From a virus (lineage: Duplodnaviria > Caudoviricetes), in IMG/VR virus record IMGVR_UViG_3300037484_000515, positions 1 through 48,429 of that record: a DNA stretch of 48,429 nt. One strand, given 5' to 3'. The notes beneath the pieces were generated by a model that saw nothing but the letters and a program-made list of their open reading frames with translations, searched no databases and was not told the origin of the DNA. Made by a program: the position numbers and the translations under genes. Shown here one piece after another: positions 1 through 9,738 of the stretch. Position 1 is the stretch's first letter, and each line of letters opens with the position of its first letter.

Positions 1-113
1 TAATGATCCAGAACAACTCCACGCCTTTCGGTGCGATTTTGTCTTTCCCTGATGCGGCTATTTTCCCTGATTTCTGCTAAATGACGTTGACGATACCTCG
101 CCGTTATTTCATG
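1..113. repeat. Terminal overlap, identical to 48317-48429 (circular assembly)
   Basis: The first 113 nt (taatgatcca...ttatttcatg) match the last 113 nt. An ORF reads in frame across the junction. Confidence 0.97.
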
Positions 114-290
114 CCGTTTTTCGCGCCATTCAGGAGATTTTCTTTGTTCGCGAGTTCTTTCCACAAATTTGGCATTGTAAACGCGAACCTTATCGGGATT
201 CTGCTTGCGCCAGATTTTGTTGTATTCCATTCTGGTTTTTTTCTGCGCATCAGTTAATTTGTCGTATTGGCCTATCATTTTCTTTCCCAT
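1..290 (-). CDS. Intron-encoded HNH-type homing endonuclease, N-terminal part
   Basis: Manual translation MGKKMIGQYDKLT...RRGVVLDH, open across the origin and in frame with 47935-48273. Start is at 290 or 278. Confidence 0.8.
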   Translation of the reverse strand, partial: MGKKMIGQYDKLTDAQKKTRMEYNKIWRKQNPDKVRVYNAKFVERTREQRKSPEWREKRHEITARYRQRHLAEIRENSRIRERQNRTERRGVVLDH

Positions 291-374
291 AAGCTGCTGA
301 TTATCCACAAGGGATTTCCCAGCAATTCACGAAGTTCAATTGCAGCATTGCTGCTGCAACGCCCTATGTTTATA

Positions 375-1100
375 AGGATGTAATACCAGAACGTAGGTCG
401 GCCCGCCCGAAGTGCTGACGGGACGTATCTTGCGCGTAACCGCCGCTGATCCGATCTTGCCCAGCCGAGCTCCCTCGGAGAGCTTCCAGACCAAATCGGG
501 AGTTAGGATGTCAGAAGCGTCAATGTTATCTGTATCGGTTGCGTCGCCACCATACATCACGCGGCTATTGGCATCCGCCGAACTGCCGATGGCCGTGCTC
601 GCGCCATCTACATAGTCTGACCCCGTGAGGATATTAGTAATCATCTTATCGGGGCCTTGATCTACCCACCACTGCGTCTGCGCTTCGTAGAGGTAGTTCT
701 GAATGTCCAGTTTAGTGCGCTGAATAGACAGAGGTTTGTCAATTTTCTTCGCGTGCCGCACCAGTCCGATTATCACATCTTCCTGATACAGCGTGGTTTC
801 TTCCTCAGAACCCCACATTTCAAGTATGTTGCTGATGGGAGCATCATCATCTGGCGTAGCCATGTAGAAGTGAACAATATCACCCTTTTCTTTGGTGAGT
901 TCCCGTTTGCTGACGATTATCGAGCCGGAACCTTCCGCGCCCATAAATCGCGGCCAAAAGCCGACCTCACCGACATACTTCCACAATCGGGTAGCTTGGA
1001 TTTCAGCCGCGCTACCTGAAATATGGGTAGTATTAGTAGTGATGTCCCATGTGGCAACAGCACTCGAACCATAGGCTGCTGGGATTGTTTGTGTTGCCAT
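375..1100 (-). CDS. Major capsid protein (N4-gp56/DUF4043-like), exon 1 (242 codons)
   Basis: Follows portal and scaffold. Motifs ELTKEKGDIVHF, GSEE, KIRPV...YVLVLHP are typical of N4-gp56-like capsids. The ORF runs into intron sequence after HP. Confidence 0.88.
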
Positions 1101-1153
1101 TCGTATTCCCTTTCGTTAAATTTCAATTGCTGAAAGGGAATCTTGCATAAGGG

Positions 1154-1978
1154 CTATCCGCCTCTGCGCTTCTGTTCGTCCTGCATCTCTTTCGTCAATC
1201 TGCGCTCGGCTTCCGCAGCCGCAGCCGCCGGATCGCTGTTGACGAGATCTTGAACGCTCTTATACGTCTTCGGCGCTTCCCCGCCCGCGCCAGGGATGCT
1301 CCCCCCCATTCCACCCTTGTCCACTTGTTCCTGCATCTGCTTGAGTCCTCGTTTCTCCGCCTGCTCGATTAAATGGCTTGCAAAATGGGATTTGAACACA
1401 TCGTCAATAATCCCCGATTGCAAATAGATGTCTTCCCCGTCTCTCTGGAATCCCCATTGACGTTGCTTGAGCGCATCCGTTACTTCCTTGCAGCGATTCA
1501 CGAAGACTTCGCGTTGCTTGACCGGATCGTCTTTAACCGCTTGCAATTCGTCTGCAAAGTGAGTATTGACCAATTCGGCCAAGTGCTGCAATTCCGCCGT
1601 ATGCGCCGTCTCCATTCCCTTAATGCGTTTGACTTCGGATTTCGCCGTAATCGTGGCATCTTGGGTAATGCGTTGAGCATACATCTCCGGTGATTCGATG
1701 GGATCGGGAAATTTTTCGGGGGCCGCACCGCCTTTCACGGTCTGCAATTCCCTTTCTAAATCCGCCACTCTTGCCTTCGCACTGTCCAACTCCTTCGAGT
1801 TGTCCTTGTGCTTGGCAATATACTTGTCCTTTTCGGTGATGCTTTTCTTGACCTCATCGTGGATCACCGTCCCCTTTGGCAATTTGAAGCCGGTCTGATC
1901 GGTGATCTGGAATGTTTCAAGAACATCACCCGCAGGCGGGTTAGTCGGGGTAGTCGCCCCCACGCCTTGCTCCATCAT
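1154..1978 (-). CDS. Probable capsid scaffolding protein
   Basis: Charged, coiled-coil-like protein between portal and capsid genes, with a basic C-terminus. Confidence 0.65.
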   Translation of the reverse strand: MMEQGVGATTPTNPPAGDVLETFQITDQTGFKLPKGTVIHDEVKKSITEKDKYIAKHKDNSKELDSAKARVADLERELQTVKGGAAPEKFPDPIESPEMYAQRITQDATITAKSEVKRIKGMETAHTAELQHLAELVNTHFADELQAVKDDPVKQREVFVNRCKEVTDALKQRQWGFQRDGEDIYLQSGIIDDVFKSHFASHLIEQAEKRGLKQMQEQVDKGGMGGSIPGAGGEAPKTYKSVQDLVNSDPAAAAAEAERRLTKEMQDEQKRRGG

Positions 1979-1981
1979 AAT

Positions 1982-2248
1982 TTACTCCTTGTTTAGTAGT
2001 TGATCCCCGTTAGTCATCGGGATCATGCTGACCTGTGGTGTGTGCATTTTGAATATCTGCACCGTATCCTCCAATCCGTGCAAACGGATAAGATAGTCTC
2101 GCGGCCAGTCCTCTTCGCCGTCCTTCTGGCGCTGCGTCAGAATCTTGTGAATGAGAATCTTAGCGTCGGCATTAGTCAACCGGTGCTCGATGGCGGGCGT
2201 GTCAGCGCCCATCTTCCATCCCTGTTTGTAAGGAGCGGCTGTGCTCAT
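1982..2248 (-). CDS. Hypothetical protein
   Basis: ATGA overlap with the portal stop codon; GGAG RBS. Confidence 0.6.
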   Translation of the reverse strand: MSTAAPYKQGWKMGADTPAIEHRLTNADAKILIHKILTQRQKDGEEDWPRDYLIRLHGLEDTVQIFKMHTPQVSMIPMTNGDQLLNKE

Positions 2249-4077
2249 TGTTTTACTCCTGCTTGTAACATTTTAGTTGAAATGTATTCATCGTTGGCGG
2301 CGGCGAGGTTCGGGTCTTCCTTCTCCAGCTTGACCAGCATCTGACCGCGCATCCAATCACGAGTCTCTTTCATGATTTTAGCCACCTTGCCCTCTTCGTA
2401 GCCTGCGGCCAAAAGCAATTCCTTCGGCGGCAACAATCCGCGATCAAAGAGCAAGAAGGATTCTTGTTTCTTCTGCGCTTTCTCCTGAATGCCGTCGGTA
2501 TCCAATTCCACGCGCACGTCTAATTCTAACGGATTGTATTTCTTCAGCGCATCCTTTTTAATCTCGAAAATCTCCTTCATAGGATCGAGATTAGCCAACA
2601 TCACCTTCTTGTCGGCGGGCATGAATTCACGCGCCAGAAACGCAATGCGGGTAAAAATATCTTCTAATAATGCCTTTTCGCTGTCCACCATGTGCGCCAG
2701 CGGAGCCGATCCCGTCGCTTGCAGGTTCTCTACTAATCTTGCCGCCGCGCCCGCGAAGGGACTTTGGCCGGTCTGTTCTCGGTGCGTGTTGAAAAGCTCA
2801 TTGGCCTCGTAACGGGCGTCCTGTGCAATGCCCGCCATGGCGGGCGTGGGCGCTTGAATCTGCAACTGCGCCATGACCTCATTGGCATTCATAAAATCCT
2901 TGCCAAGGAGCGGATAGCCGATATTCTCCTGAAAACGTCTCACCTCGTCCGTTTTCTCTTCCTCGCTGTCGCCTACTACCTTGTCCAGATTAATAATGCG
3001 CCCGCTGTTGTTGACGCGCTTCATGATCTGCATGTAGAGCGTCATCATTAGAGCTTCAAAGCGCTGATCGTCATAGACGAAGTGCGGCGCACCTGCGGGA
3101 TAAGGCGTACCGGGTTGATGCAGGAAAGGAATCAGGCAAAAGCTGAAATCGGAGCCGATATTGACGGGCGGCGCGATAGGCAAGCTATGTTCTGGGTTCT
3201 GCTCGTCAATCTTGTTTTCACGGGACAGGAAACAGAAACGATAGGCTATGGGCGTGTAATAGTAATCTATTTTCATGCCATCCCACAGCTTCGATCCGTT
3301 CTTGTAGCTCTCCTTGAATAGCTGTTCTTCCGCGTCGTCCCAATAAGAACGGGAATCCCTCGTCTCCGAATAAACGTCTTCGTTCGTCATGCGCCCCTTG
3401 ATCGGCGTAGAAGTCCTAAATTGCACTTCGCTTAAATAGCAGTTGCCTTTGTCATCATAGGGTATCTTTTCGGGATCAAGCCAGGGATACATCCATTCGA
3501 CTTCGGCTCGGTTCTTTTGATATTGCCGAGAAATATGGCCGATGTCCGAAATGTGCTTGACGGTGGAATCCAAAATGAGTTCTTCGCTATCTATCGCTTC
3601 GCAAATGATGCTGCCCGTGAAGTTCTCGCGGTTGCGAAAGCGCGGGTCAAAATAGACATTCATGCAACCCATGCCATAATTGATCCAATCCTCGAATACT
3701 TTACGCAGTTGACGCCGACCCACCTTATTATGCAACCCGCGCTTGGACGTGAACTCATGCAGCGTAACAGCTTGATACATCTGCGCGATGTCATAATCTT
3801 CGGTCTCAATGCCGATAAAGCGCGGTTTCATGGGCCCGAAAGCCAACCGTCCCGTCAGGTGCTGCAATATCTTGATATAGGTGGATCGTTTATACCAATC
3901 TTCATCGGTCTGCAATCCTAAACTTAGATTCCCCGTGACAAGCTCTTTGGCCAGAACGATGTCTTTCACAAAACCATCACGCACCGGACTTCTCAGATCG
4001 TCTTTGATCCGTTCGATCCAATAGCCTGGCTGCGACATTAAATCAAGAGCCGTTTCGTTCTTTTTGCTCAATTCCAA
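2245..4077 (-). CDS. Portal protein (podovirus/P22-like)
   Basis: 610 aa directly after TerL. DWINYGMGCMNVYFD and HREQTG segments fit portal architecture. Confidence 0.8.
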   Translation of the reverse strand: MELSKKNETALDLMSQPGYWIERIKDDLRSPVRDGFVKDIVLAKELVTGNLSLGLQTDEDWYKRSTYIKILQHLTGRLAFGPMKPRFIGIETEDYDIAQMYQAVTLHEFTSKRGLHNKVGRRQLRKVFEDWINYGMGCMNVYFDPRFRNRENFTGSIICEAIDSEELILDSTVKHISDIGHISRQYQKNRAEVEWMYPWLDPEKIPYDDKGNCYLSEVQFRTSTPIKGRMTNEDVYSETRDSRSYWDDAEEQLFKESYKNGSKLWDGMKIDYYYTPIAYRFCFLSRENKIDEQNPEHSLPIAPPVNIGSDFSFCLIPFLHQPGTPYPAGAPHFVYDDQRFEALMMTLYMQIMKRVNNSGRIINLDKVVGDSEEEKTDEVRRFQENIGYPLLGKDFMNANEVMAQLQIQAPTPAMAGIAQDARYEANELFNTHREQTGQSPFAGAAARLVENLQATGSAPLAHMVDSEKALLEDIFTRIAFLAREFMPADKKVMLANLDPMKEIFEIKKDALKKYNPLELDVRVELDTDGIQEKAQKKQESFLLFDRGLLPPKELLLAAGYEEGKVAKIMKETRDWMRGQMLVKLEKEDPNLAAANDEYISTKMLQAGVKQ

Positions 4078-5717
4078 TTATCCTTTTTGATCTTAGGAAT
4101 GCCGTAACGGGGTGTGCCAGCGCCCACCGGCATCATCTTGGAGTGCCAACGAGGGAACAACTGAGGATCGTGGCATTTCCAATTTACGTCGGACATCATG
4201 CGCCAATTATCCATCGGGTCTTTGCCCGTTTCCATAACATTCTCGCTGTCCATGTTGCCGTCTGGATTGAATACATAGCGTTCGACAGAACGAATAGAAT
4301 TAACGCACTGGCTGCTCACCTGAAAGCGCGGCAGAATAATATCCTGTTTGTCGCTTTCGCCCATGACGTTCTGGTGGCGCAGTAAAGCGCGAACGCGATT
4401 GTGCCCGCGTCGCAAATAGGGATCTTTGTTGGAAAGCGTGAAATGACAGCCGCGTGAATTGTATTCTTGATAGTAGGCTTTCGTTCCGGTATAGGGCGTA
4501 TTGCCGTATTGCCCGTCCATAATGCGCAGATAGGATACCCCAATTTCGTCCTCTACGCCATTGATAATATCAATGATGTCCTCAAAACTCCGGCTGTCAT
4601 GCTTGATTTCGTCATAATACTGATAATAAACTTCGTTGCCATGCTGCCCGATTTTCTTGCGCACTACTTCCGGCCATTCGCGGATCTGATAAAGCCTGCC
4701 ATTGGGACACGCCTTGAACCAACTGATAAAGTTCGGACGCGACGTATGCGGATCCATAACGCAATAGATCGTGCCCTCTTCGGGGATTTCGAGGGGATCT
4801 ATCACATGCACCTTGCGCTCCCACATCGGATAGACCAGGCCGCGCAAGTGCATCCACTGCGCATGGGCTTTGGCCGCCCGCTCCTCTTCCGACCAGCCTG
4901 CTATCATGCGCTCAATGTCAATATGCTCTAAGAAACCGCGTTCGCCGTGCTCTTTGCAATTCGCTTCGATGTCGGCATAGACCGCCCCGACCGCCCAGCG
5001 CGTATTCCCCAGCGCGATCTGATGCACCCAGGCCGATTTCGCTTCGGGGGTCAGCGTGAACATAATCTTGCCGCCGCGTCGGAACCGCGCCGTAGTTTCC
5101 AGAAAAATGGCCGGTTTGTCTTCGGGTTCGTCAAAAATCACCCAACCTAACGATACGCTGCGAAACTCGACGACTTCCTGCTCATACGTCATCAAGTTAA
5201 ACTGGCGGCCATTGGCCGGATTCCTGAATACAGAATAATAGTCTTTCCCCGCCTTGTCCGGTACATAGCTTCCGGCGGGCAATATCTCCAGCAGGCGAGG
5301 GATAATCTGATCACGAATGGTCGTCGAATTGCTGATGATTCTTCCCCGTCCCAAAGCCGGAGGATAGGAGAAGAAATCATAGAGTCCACCTTCGGGTTTT
5401 TCAAAGAACGGATTATTGATAATGCCCAGGAGGACTCCGGCCATGTGGCAAATCACGTCAGTCTTGCCGGAACCGTTCGCCCCGACGAAGATATTTATAA
5501 AGTTGTAGCGATCTTCAGCTTCGACCCAGGTGAACTCATTTTCCTCAAAATCCCGCGCCCCGCCCACCAACTTAATGAAGTTTAATTGCGCCCCGTTGGG
5601 AATCCAAGCATCGCCTTGCCGACCCCAGAACTTCGCCTTGACCAATCCGCGCAGTTGTTCATCGCTTAGAACGGACAGTTCGTCGGCCTCTTGAAGTCCC
5701 GGTTCGATTTTAGGCAA
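4068..5717 (-). CDS. terL: Terminase large subunit
   Basis: Walker A GANGSGKT, Walker B VIFDEP, RNase H-like nuclease (MDPH...KDPMDNWR). TTG start at 5717 preferred over 5807 because of a GGGGGA RBS; the start is uncertain. Confidence 0.92.
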   Translation of the reverse strand: MPKIEPGLQEADELSVLSDEQLRGLVKAKFWGRQGDAWIPNGAQLNFIKLVGGARDFEENEFTWVEAEDRYNFINIFVGANGSGKTDVICHMAGVLLGIINNPFFEKPEGGLYDFFSYPPALGRGRIISNSTTIRDQIIPRLLEILPAGSYVPDKAGKDYYSVFRNPANGRQFNLMTYEQEVVEFRSVSLGWVIFDEPEDKPAIFLETTARFRRGGKIMFTLTPEAKSAWVHQIALGNTRWAVGAVYADIEANCKEHGERGFLEHIDIERMIAGWSEEERAAKAHAQWMHLRGLVYPMWERKVHVIDPLEIPEEGTIYCVMDPHTSRPNFISWFKACPNGRLYQIREWPEVVRKKIGQHGNEVYYQYYDEIKHDSRSFEDIIDIINGVEDEIGVSYLRIMDGQYGNTPYTGTKAYYQEYNSRGCHFTLSNKDPYLRRGHNRVRALLRHQNVMGESDKQDIILPRFQVSSQCVNSIRSVERYVFNPDGNMDSENVMETGKDPMDNWRMMSDVNWKCHDPQLFPRWHSKMMPVGAGTPRYGIPKIKKDNWN

Positions 5718-5899
5718 AAGAGAGTCCCCCCAGAATCGAAATCCTGGGGGGATTAAATTATCGCTTCCTGCCGACGGTGCGCACCGCCTGCGTTCAGCAG
5801 GACTCATTCAGCCATCAGCGAGCAGGATCACCTACGTTCAGCAACGGCTGAAGGAGTATTTTATCGGGCGGAGTTCGCCCTAAATTATAAAACGAGGGT

Positions 5900-5929
5900 A
5901 ATATAACACATTTTCGGGTCAAAAACAAG
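5900..5929 (-). promoter_or_regulatory. Sigma70-like promoter, copy 1 (upstream of terL)
   Basis: TTGTTT-N17-TATATT; 27/30 identical to 13937-13966. Confidence 0.7.
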
Positions 5930-5972
5930 AGAAATCTCAACTATTTTTTATGATTGGCATGATTTTTGCTAC

Positions 5973-6152
5973 TTATCGGTCGTGATTACAGTAATCCATC
6001 ACGTTTTCGCCCATATCTTCATTCAACTCAAAATCCTCACAATCCCCATCATCCCAACCAATCAATACGCCTCTCGCTTCGCACCAGCACTTGTCTAATG
6101 GATCGGTGCTCGTCCAATTAGTGCAGTTCCAACAAATACGCTGCGGTTTCAT
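5973..6152 (-). CDS. Small Cys-rich hypothetical protein (59 aa)
   Basis: Manual translation MKPQRICWNC...CWC...DCEDF; ATGA overlap with the upstream gene. Confidence 0.6.
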   Translation of the reverse strand: MKPQRICWNCTNWTSTDPLDKCWCEARGVLIGWDDGDCEDFELNEDMGENVMDYCNHDR

Positions 6153-6358
6153 TGTTTGTCCTTTTGGGGTGCTTCCTCGTCGTAAAACGGCTGTTTATCC
6201 CTCACGGTTTCGATAGTCTCCACGCACGACCAGGGGATGAAAAACTCATGCCCTGGATCATCGTTATTGAATAGCCGCAGATAGGACGTGTGGGGTTGAT
6301 AGGAGGTTTTCTCAATGATTGTAGGCTCGGTCTTGCGCCACGTTATTTTGATTCTCAT
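6149..6358 (-). CDS. Hypothetical protein
   Basis: Translationally coupled on both sides; GGAG RBS. Confidence 0.6.
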   Translation of the reverse strand: MRIKITWRKTEPTIIEKTSYQPHTSYLRLFNNDDPGHEFFIPWSCVETIETVRDKQPFYDEEAPQKDKQ

Positions 6359-7017
6359 ATACTCCGCCTCACGAGTTTAGCATAGGGTTTCAGCCGGTCA
6401 TATAGCTTCTCGGTGATAATTAAGTCCTGCTTGTTGTGTTCTGTGATGTCGGCTACGGCGGAAGGTTTAGCTTGCGTCATGGCAAAGAGCCAGTTGTCCC
6501 AGTTGATGCGGGTTTTGCCCGAAATGCCAAGATACTCGCAGGCATTATCGAGACTCGACCTTCCGAGTTTAAGACGATTTTTGACCATGTAATAGAGGTC
6601 AATGTGTCGGATGGAACCGTAAGGGGGGAATTCGAGATTGAAATGTAGAGTCTTAGCCCTGAGCCACTTAATATCGAAGCCTGTTCCGTAGTAAGTGATA
6701 ACCGTATCAAATCTCCCAAGCACGTCCACGCACTCTGCCACGAGTCGGCGATCAAGATAGCTGTCGGCCAGGTCTTTTTTTGTGATGGCCCCTTGATAGA
6801 TTTCGTCTTTGCCATATTCCTTTATCCCCCAACATAGCAGGATGCCAAACGGGGCATTGAGATTCGAGGTCTCCAAATCAAGAACACACCAGCGTTGCGC
6901 TTTTTGCGTTTCTGCCAGCCAGCAATGATAATGGTCAAGGCCGGAGTGCCGATGCGGACAGCGCCAGTTGGCGAGATCTACAATTTGCTGTTTAGAGAGC
7001 TGGCTTAATGGTAGCAT
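6355..7017 (-). CDS. DEDD/RNase H-like 3'-5' exonuclease (YprB/RNase_H_2-like)
   Basis: LDLETS, YGTGFD, HIDLY, SLDNAC, HNKQDL motifs. Start moved to ATG 7017 (AAGGA RBS, no overlap with the upstream gene). Confidence 0.85.
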   Translation of the reverse strand: MLPLSQLSKQQIVDLANWRCPHRHSGLDHYHCWLAETQKAQRWCVLDLETSNLNAPFGILLCWGIKEYGKDEIYQGAITKKDLADSYLDRRLVAECVDVLGRFDTVITYYGTGFDIKWLRAKTLHFNLEFPPYGSIRHIDLYYMVKNRLKLGRSSLDNACEYLGISGKTRINWDNWLFAMTQAKPSAVADITEHNKQDLIITEKLYDRLKPYAKLVRRSI

Positions 7018-7084
7018 TATTTCCTTAATTGTCGGGGCGAGGTTCCCCCCAGGGTTGCCCCTCGCCCCTATCCGCCGGAGCGGG

Positions 7085-8557
7085 TTAATTTCTATCACCA
7101 ACACCTGCGCCAATGCTATCCGCCTTGTTGACATAAAAAAGTCCACCCGCTTTGTTAAATTGATGCAGAATAAATTCCGGTTCGGCGCTCCGATTGGTCT
7201 CAAACTTATTCCTATATTCATCACGATTATAGTATTCCATCCCACCCCAATAAACATAGTCAATTTTCTCTTTCAGGCAATAAGGATATAGATTGATTCC
7301 CTCGCTCCAATACCGCCAATTCCAGCCGTTCATAAATGCAGCCGTAGGCCGCAGACTCAAGACGGAAGATTGAACGGGGATGACAAAATCCTTAAATAGA
7401 TCGGCGGACTGCGAGATTCTGGCCTGCACATTTGCGCTCAGATTGTTCAGATTAAGAATTACAAAGGGCAGCAACAACAGGATCAGCCATCTGCGCCGTA
7501 TGAAAACCGTGAAGTTCACTAAGGCGAAAGCTCCCAAAGTTGTCAAAAATAGAATTTCGGGCAGAAAGTAGCGGGCCGTCTCCCAATGATAAACCGTGAA
7601 GGCGAGAATCAAAAAGTGCGTCGCCACGGCGAAGACAAGCAGTTTGGGCATTTTGCCCATCCCGTAAAGAGCATAGATCAACAAGGGCGCCAGCACCAAC
7701 CCCTCCGCGAATTTAGCGATCAAATTCCACAGATCAGCAATGAATATCCGCGCCGTATTCATGGGATTCGCCAGCACGACCGATAGCATATTGGGATACT
7801 CATCGAGAACGCTTCGAGCCATTTGATCGGGCGATGGTTTAGTGTTCAAATAATGAAGCGCAATATTATAATGTCCGCCATTAGGCGGAAATGAGGCGAA
7901 TTGAAAATTCAATATGAGACAAAGAGCTGTCGGTGCGATAAAGCGACACAACTGCCCCCAACGCAAATCTACTCGTTTCACGTGAAACATATACCATATC
8001 GCAAATGGCATAAAGATCAAAAACTCATAACGTGTTATACAGACCCAACCTACTAATATTCCAGCCGCTAAATACCGCCCGCGATAAAGGGCATAAGCTG
8101 CCCAGAAACCCAGGGCTAAAACGAAAATATCTGTGCAAGCCCCATAGGTCATCTCAAAAAATGTCGCATTTACGGCCAAGGCCAACGATGCGACTATCCC
8201 CGCTATTCCACCCAACCACAAATTACAGAGAAAAATCACGGCCATCGCGGATAGGATCCCAATTATTTTCGCGGCCTGCCAATAATTCCAACCGCGTTCA
8301 CCATTAAACAATCCGCCTAATAGCCAAAGCACTAATGGGTATCCTGCGCCCTGCACGTCCATCGGCTTCAAATCCAACCAAAGAGGATTAAAATTCTGAT
8401 GTTTCACGAATTGATCTAAGGCATAAGCTCCATTAACATAGTTCATCAAGAGGTCGGTTTCCATACCCTGATTGCGTGGCACATCATGCGGCACGGAAAA
8501 AACGAAAACGCCATAAACCAGAGCGCAGATCAATCCCGTTAAGATGGATTTCTTCAT
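7085..8557 (-). CDS. GT-C fold polytopic membrane glycosyltransferase (ArnT/PMT_2-like)
   Basis: Many hydrophobic helices, an acidic first loop (METD) then GYPLVL, CTDIF, ITRYE, TARYFLP, and a soluble C-terminal domain. Confidence 0.72.
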   Translation of the reverse strand: MKKSILTGLICALVYGVFVFSVPHDVPRNQGMETDLLMNYVNGAYALDQFVKHQNFNPLWLDLKPMDVQGAGYPLVLWLLGGLFNGERGWNYWQAAKIIGILSAMAVIFLCNLWLGGIAGIVASLALAVNATFFEMTYGACTDIFVLALGFWAAYALYRGRYLAAGILVGWVCITRYEFLIFMPFAIWYMFHVKRVDLRWGQLCRFIAPTALCLILNFQFASFPPNGGHYNIALHYLNTKPSPDQMARSVLDEYPNMLSVVLANPMNTARIFIADLWNLIAKFAEGLVLAPLLIYALYGMGKMPKLLVFAVATHFLILAFTVYHWETARYFLPEILFLTTLGAFALVNFTVFIRRRWLILLLLPFVILNLNNLSANVQARISQSADLFKDFVIPVQSSVLSLRPTAAFMNGWNWRYWSEGINLYPYCLKEKIDYVYWGGMEYYNRDEYRNKFETNRSAEPEFILHQFNKAGGLFYVNKADSIGAGVGDRN

Positions 8558-9738
8558 AACAATCTATCCATCAAATTGAGGGCATAGCTGGGCCGCAGAT
8601 AGAAACGGCGGTAGAATTCCCAATACTTGCGCCGCAATAGCTTCGAGTGCGGCGCAAAGGTGCAGTCTCGATAATTTTTGATGGGTGCGAAATGTTCCAG
8701 GGGCGTATCCGGCAACGTTGTAGTCATAGCGCATTTAGCGTAGGTCGGATTCAACTCCAACGCAAATTCGATAGTCTCATCCATGTCCCTCTCGGTCTCG
8801 CCTGGCAAGCCCATCATAAAGTAGCATTCGGTCTCCATCCCCGCCGCTCGCGTCCAGCGCACCGCCTCTCGCGCTTGATCCTTCTCGATTCTCTTGCCCA
8901 TCTTGGCGAGCACCCATTCGCTGCCGGACTCTACGCCAAGGGGCACGCGATAACAGCCCGCTCGTTTCATCAGTTTCAGCATCGAGAGCGATACCCGATC
9001 CACGCGCAAGCCGCCCCTCGGCAACCATGCCATTTTGATCCCGCATTGTAGGATTAATTCGCAGATTTGCTCTACTCGAACTATGTCGGCGCTGAAATTA
9101 TCGTCGTAAATGTGGATTTCACGATAGCCCAGGTCAGCCAGATATTGCATTTCATCCACTACTCGCTGCGGCGACTTAAACTTCATCTTTGATCCGAATA
9201 CCGACTTGGTGCAATAGGTGCATTTCCCATAGCAACCCCGCGATGTTTCCATGTAGGCGACAGGACTATGGCGCGAGATCAAAGGGCTAAGGCGATAATC
9301 TCCGGCCCTGACCAAATGATAGGCGGGATAGGGCAGCGCGTCCAAGTCCTCCACCGCCCGTTTATCAGAAAAGTAGTAATCCCCCTCGCCAATGCAGATC
9401 GCATCCGCCCAATCCGGCTTGATACGGGTGGCGCTGACGTGCGCCCCGCCCAGAACGATCTTGGCATACGGCCACATTTGTTTGCAGCGTTGCGCCACAC
9501 GCTCGGCCTCGTCTATGTTGGCCGTCCGGCTGGTGATGCCGATAACGTGGGGTTGTAGACCGCCTATATGGGACGGCGGGTCTTCCTGAAAGGCCATATC
9601 CCAAATCGTCACCCGATCTGGCATGTTGGCAGCGATAGACAATAAACCCAATGGCGGGTGGCGTTTGCCGATAATCCAACCCAATGGGGTATGCCGATAG
9701 GAATCTGATGAGGGCGGGTTGACCAGCAGGACGTTCAT
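8554..9738 (-). CDS. Cobalamin-binding radical SAM protein (class B methyltransferase-like)
   Basis: N-terminal B12 domain (LLVNPP, PPLGLLSIAA, IVLGGAH, GEGD), TSRGCYGKCTYC (CxxxCxxC), DDNF, GVESGS, FMMGLPGET. Confidence 0.93.
   Translation of the reverse strand: MNVLLVNPPSSDSYRHTPLGWIIGKRHPPLGLLSIAANMPDRVTIWDMAFQEDPPSHIGGLQPHVIGITSRTANIDEAERVAQRCKQMWPYAKIVLGGAHVSATRIKPDWADAICIGEGDYYFSDKRAVEDLDALPYPAYHLVRAGDYRLSPLISRHSPVAYMETSRGCYGKCTYCTKSVFGSKMKFKSPQRVVDEMQYLADLGYREIHIYDDNFSADIVRVEQICELILQCGIKMAWLPRGGLRVDRVSLSMLKLMKRAGCYRVPLGVESGSEWVLAKMGKRIEKDQAREAVRWTRAAGMETECYFMMGLPGETERDMDETIEFALELNPTYAKCAMTTTLPDTPLEHFAPIKNYRDCTFAPHSKLLRRKYWEFYRRFYLRPSYALNLMDRLL

Larger units (their letters stand above)
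1..374 (-). ncRNA. Group I intron, 5' part (P1/IGS, P3, P4-P6); continues across the origin
   Basis: Minus strand: CCU|UAU-aaac-AUAGGG forms P1 with a U-G pair at the splice site. P element GAAUUGCUGGGAA (about 316-328) and Q element AAUCAGCAGC (293-302). Confidence 0.92.

Noticed and set aside
1-113. 113-bp end repeat as a biological direct terminal repeat
   Set aside because: It falls in the middle of the intron ORF; most simply an assembler overlap from a circular or permuted genome.
7018-7263. N-terminal extension of the exonuclease ORF
   Set aside because: It overlaps the glycosyltransferase gene and a GC hairpin; a better RBS and start lie at 7017.
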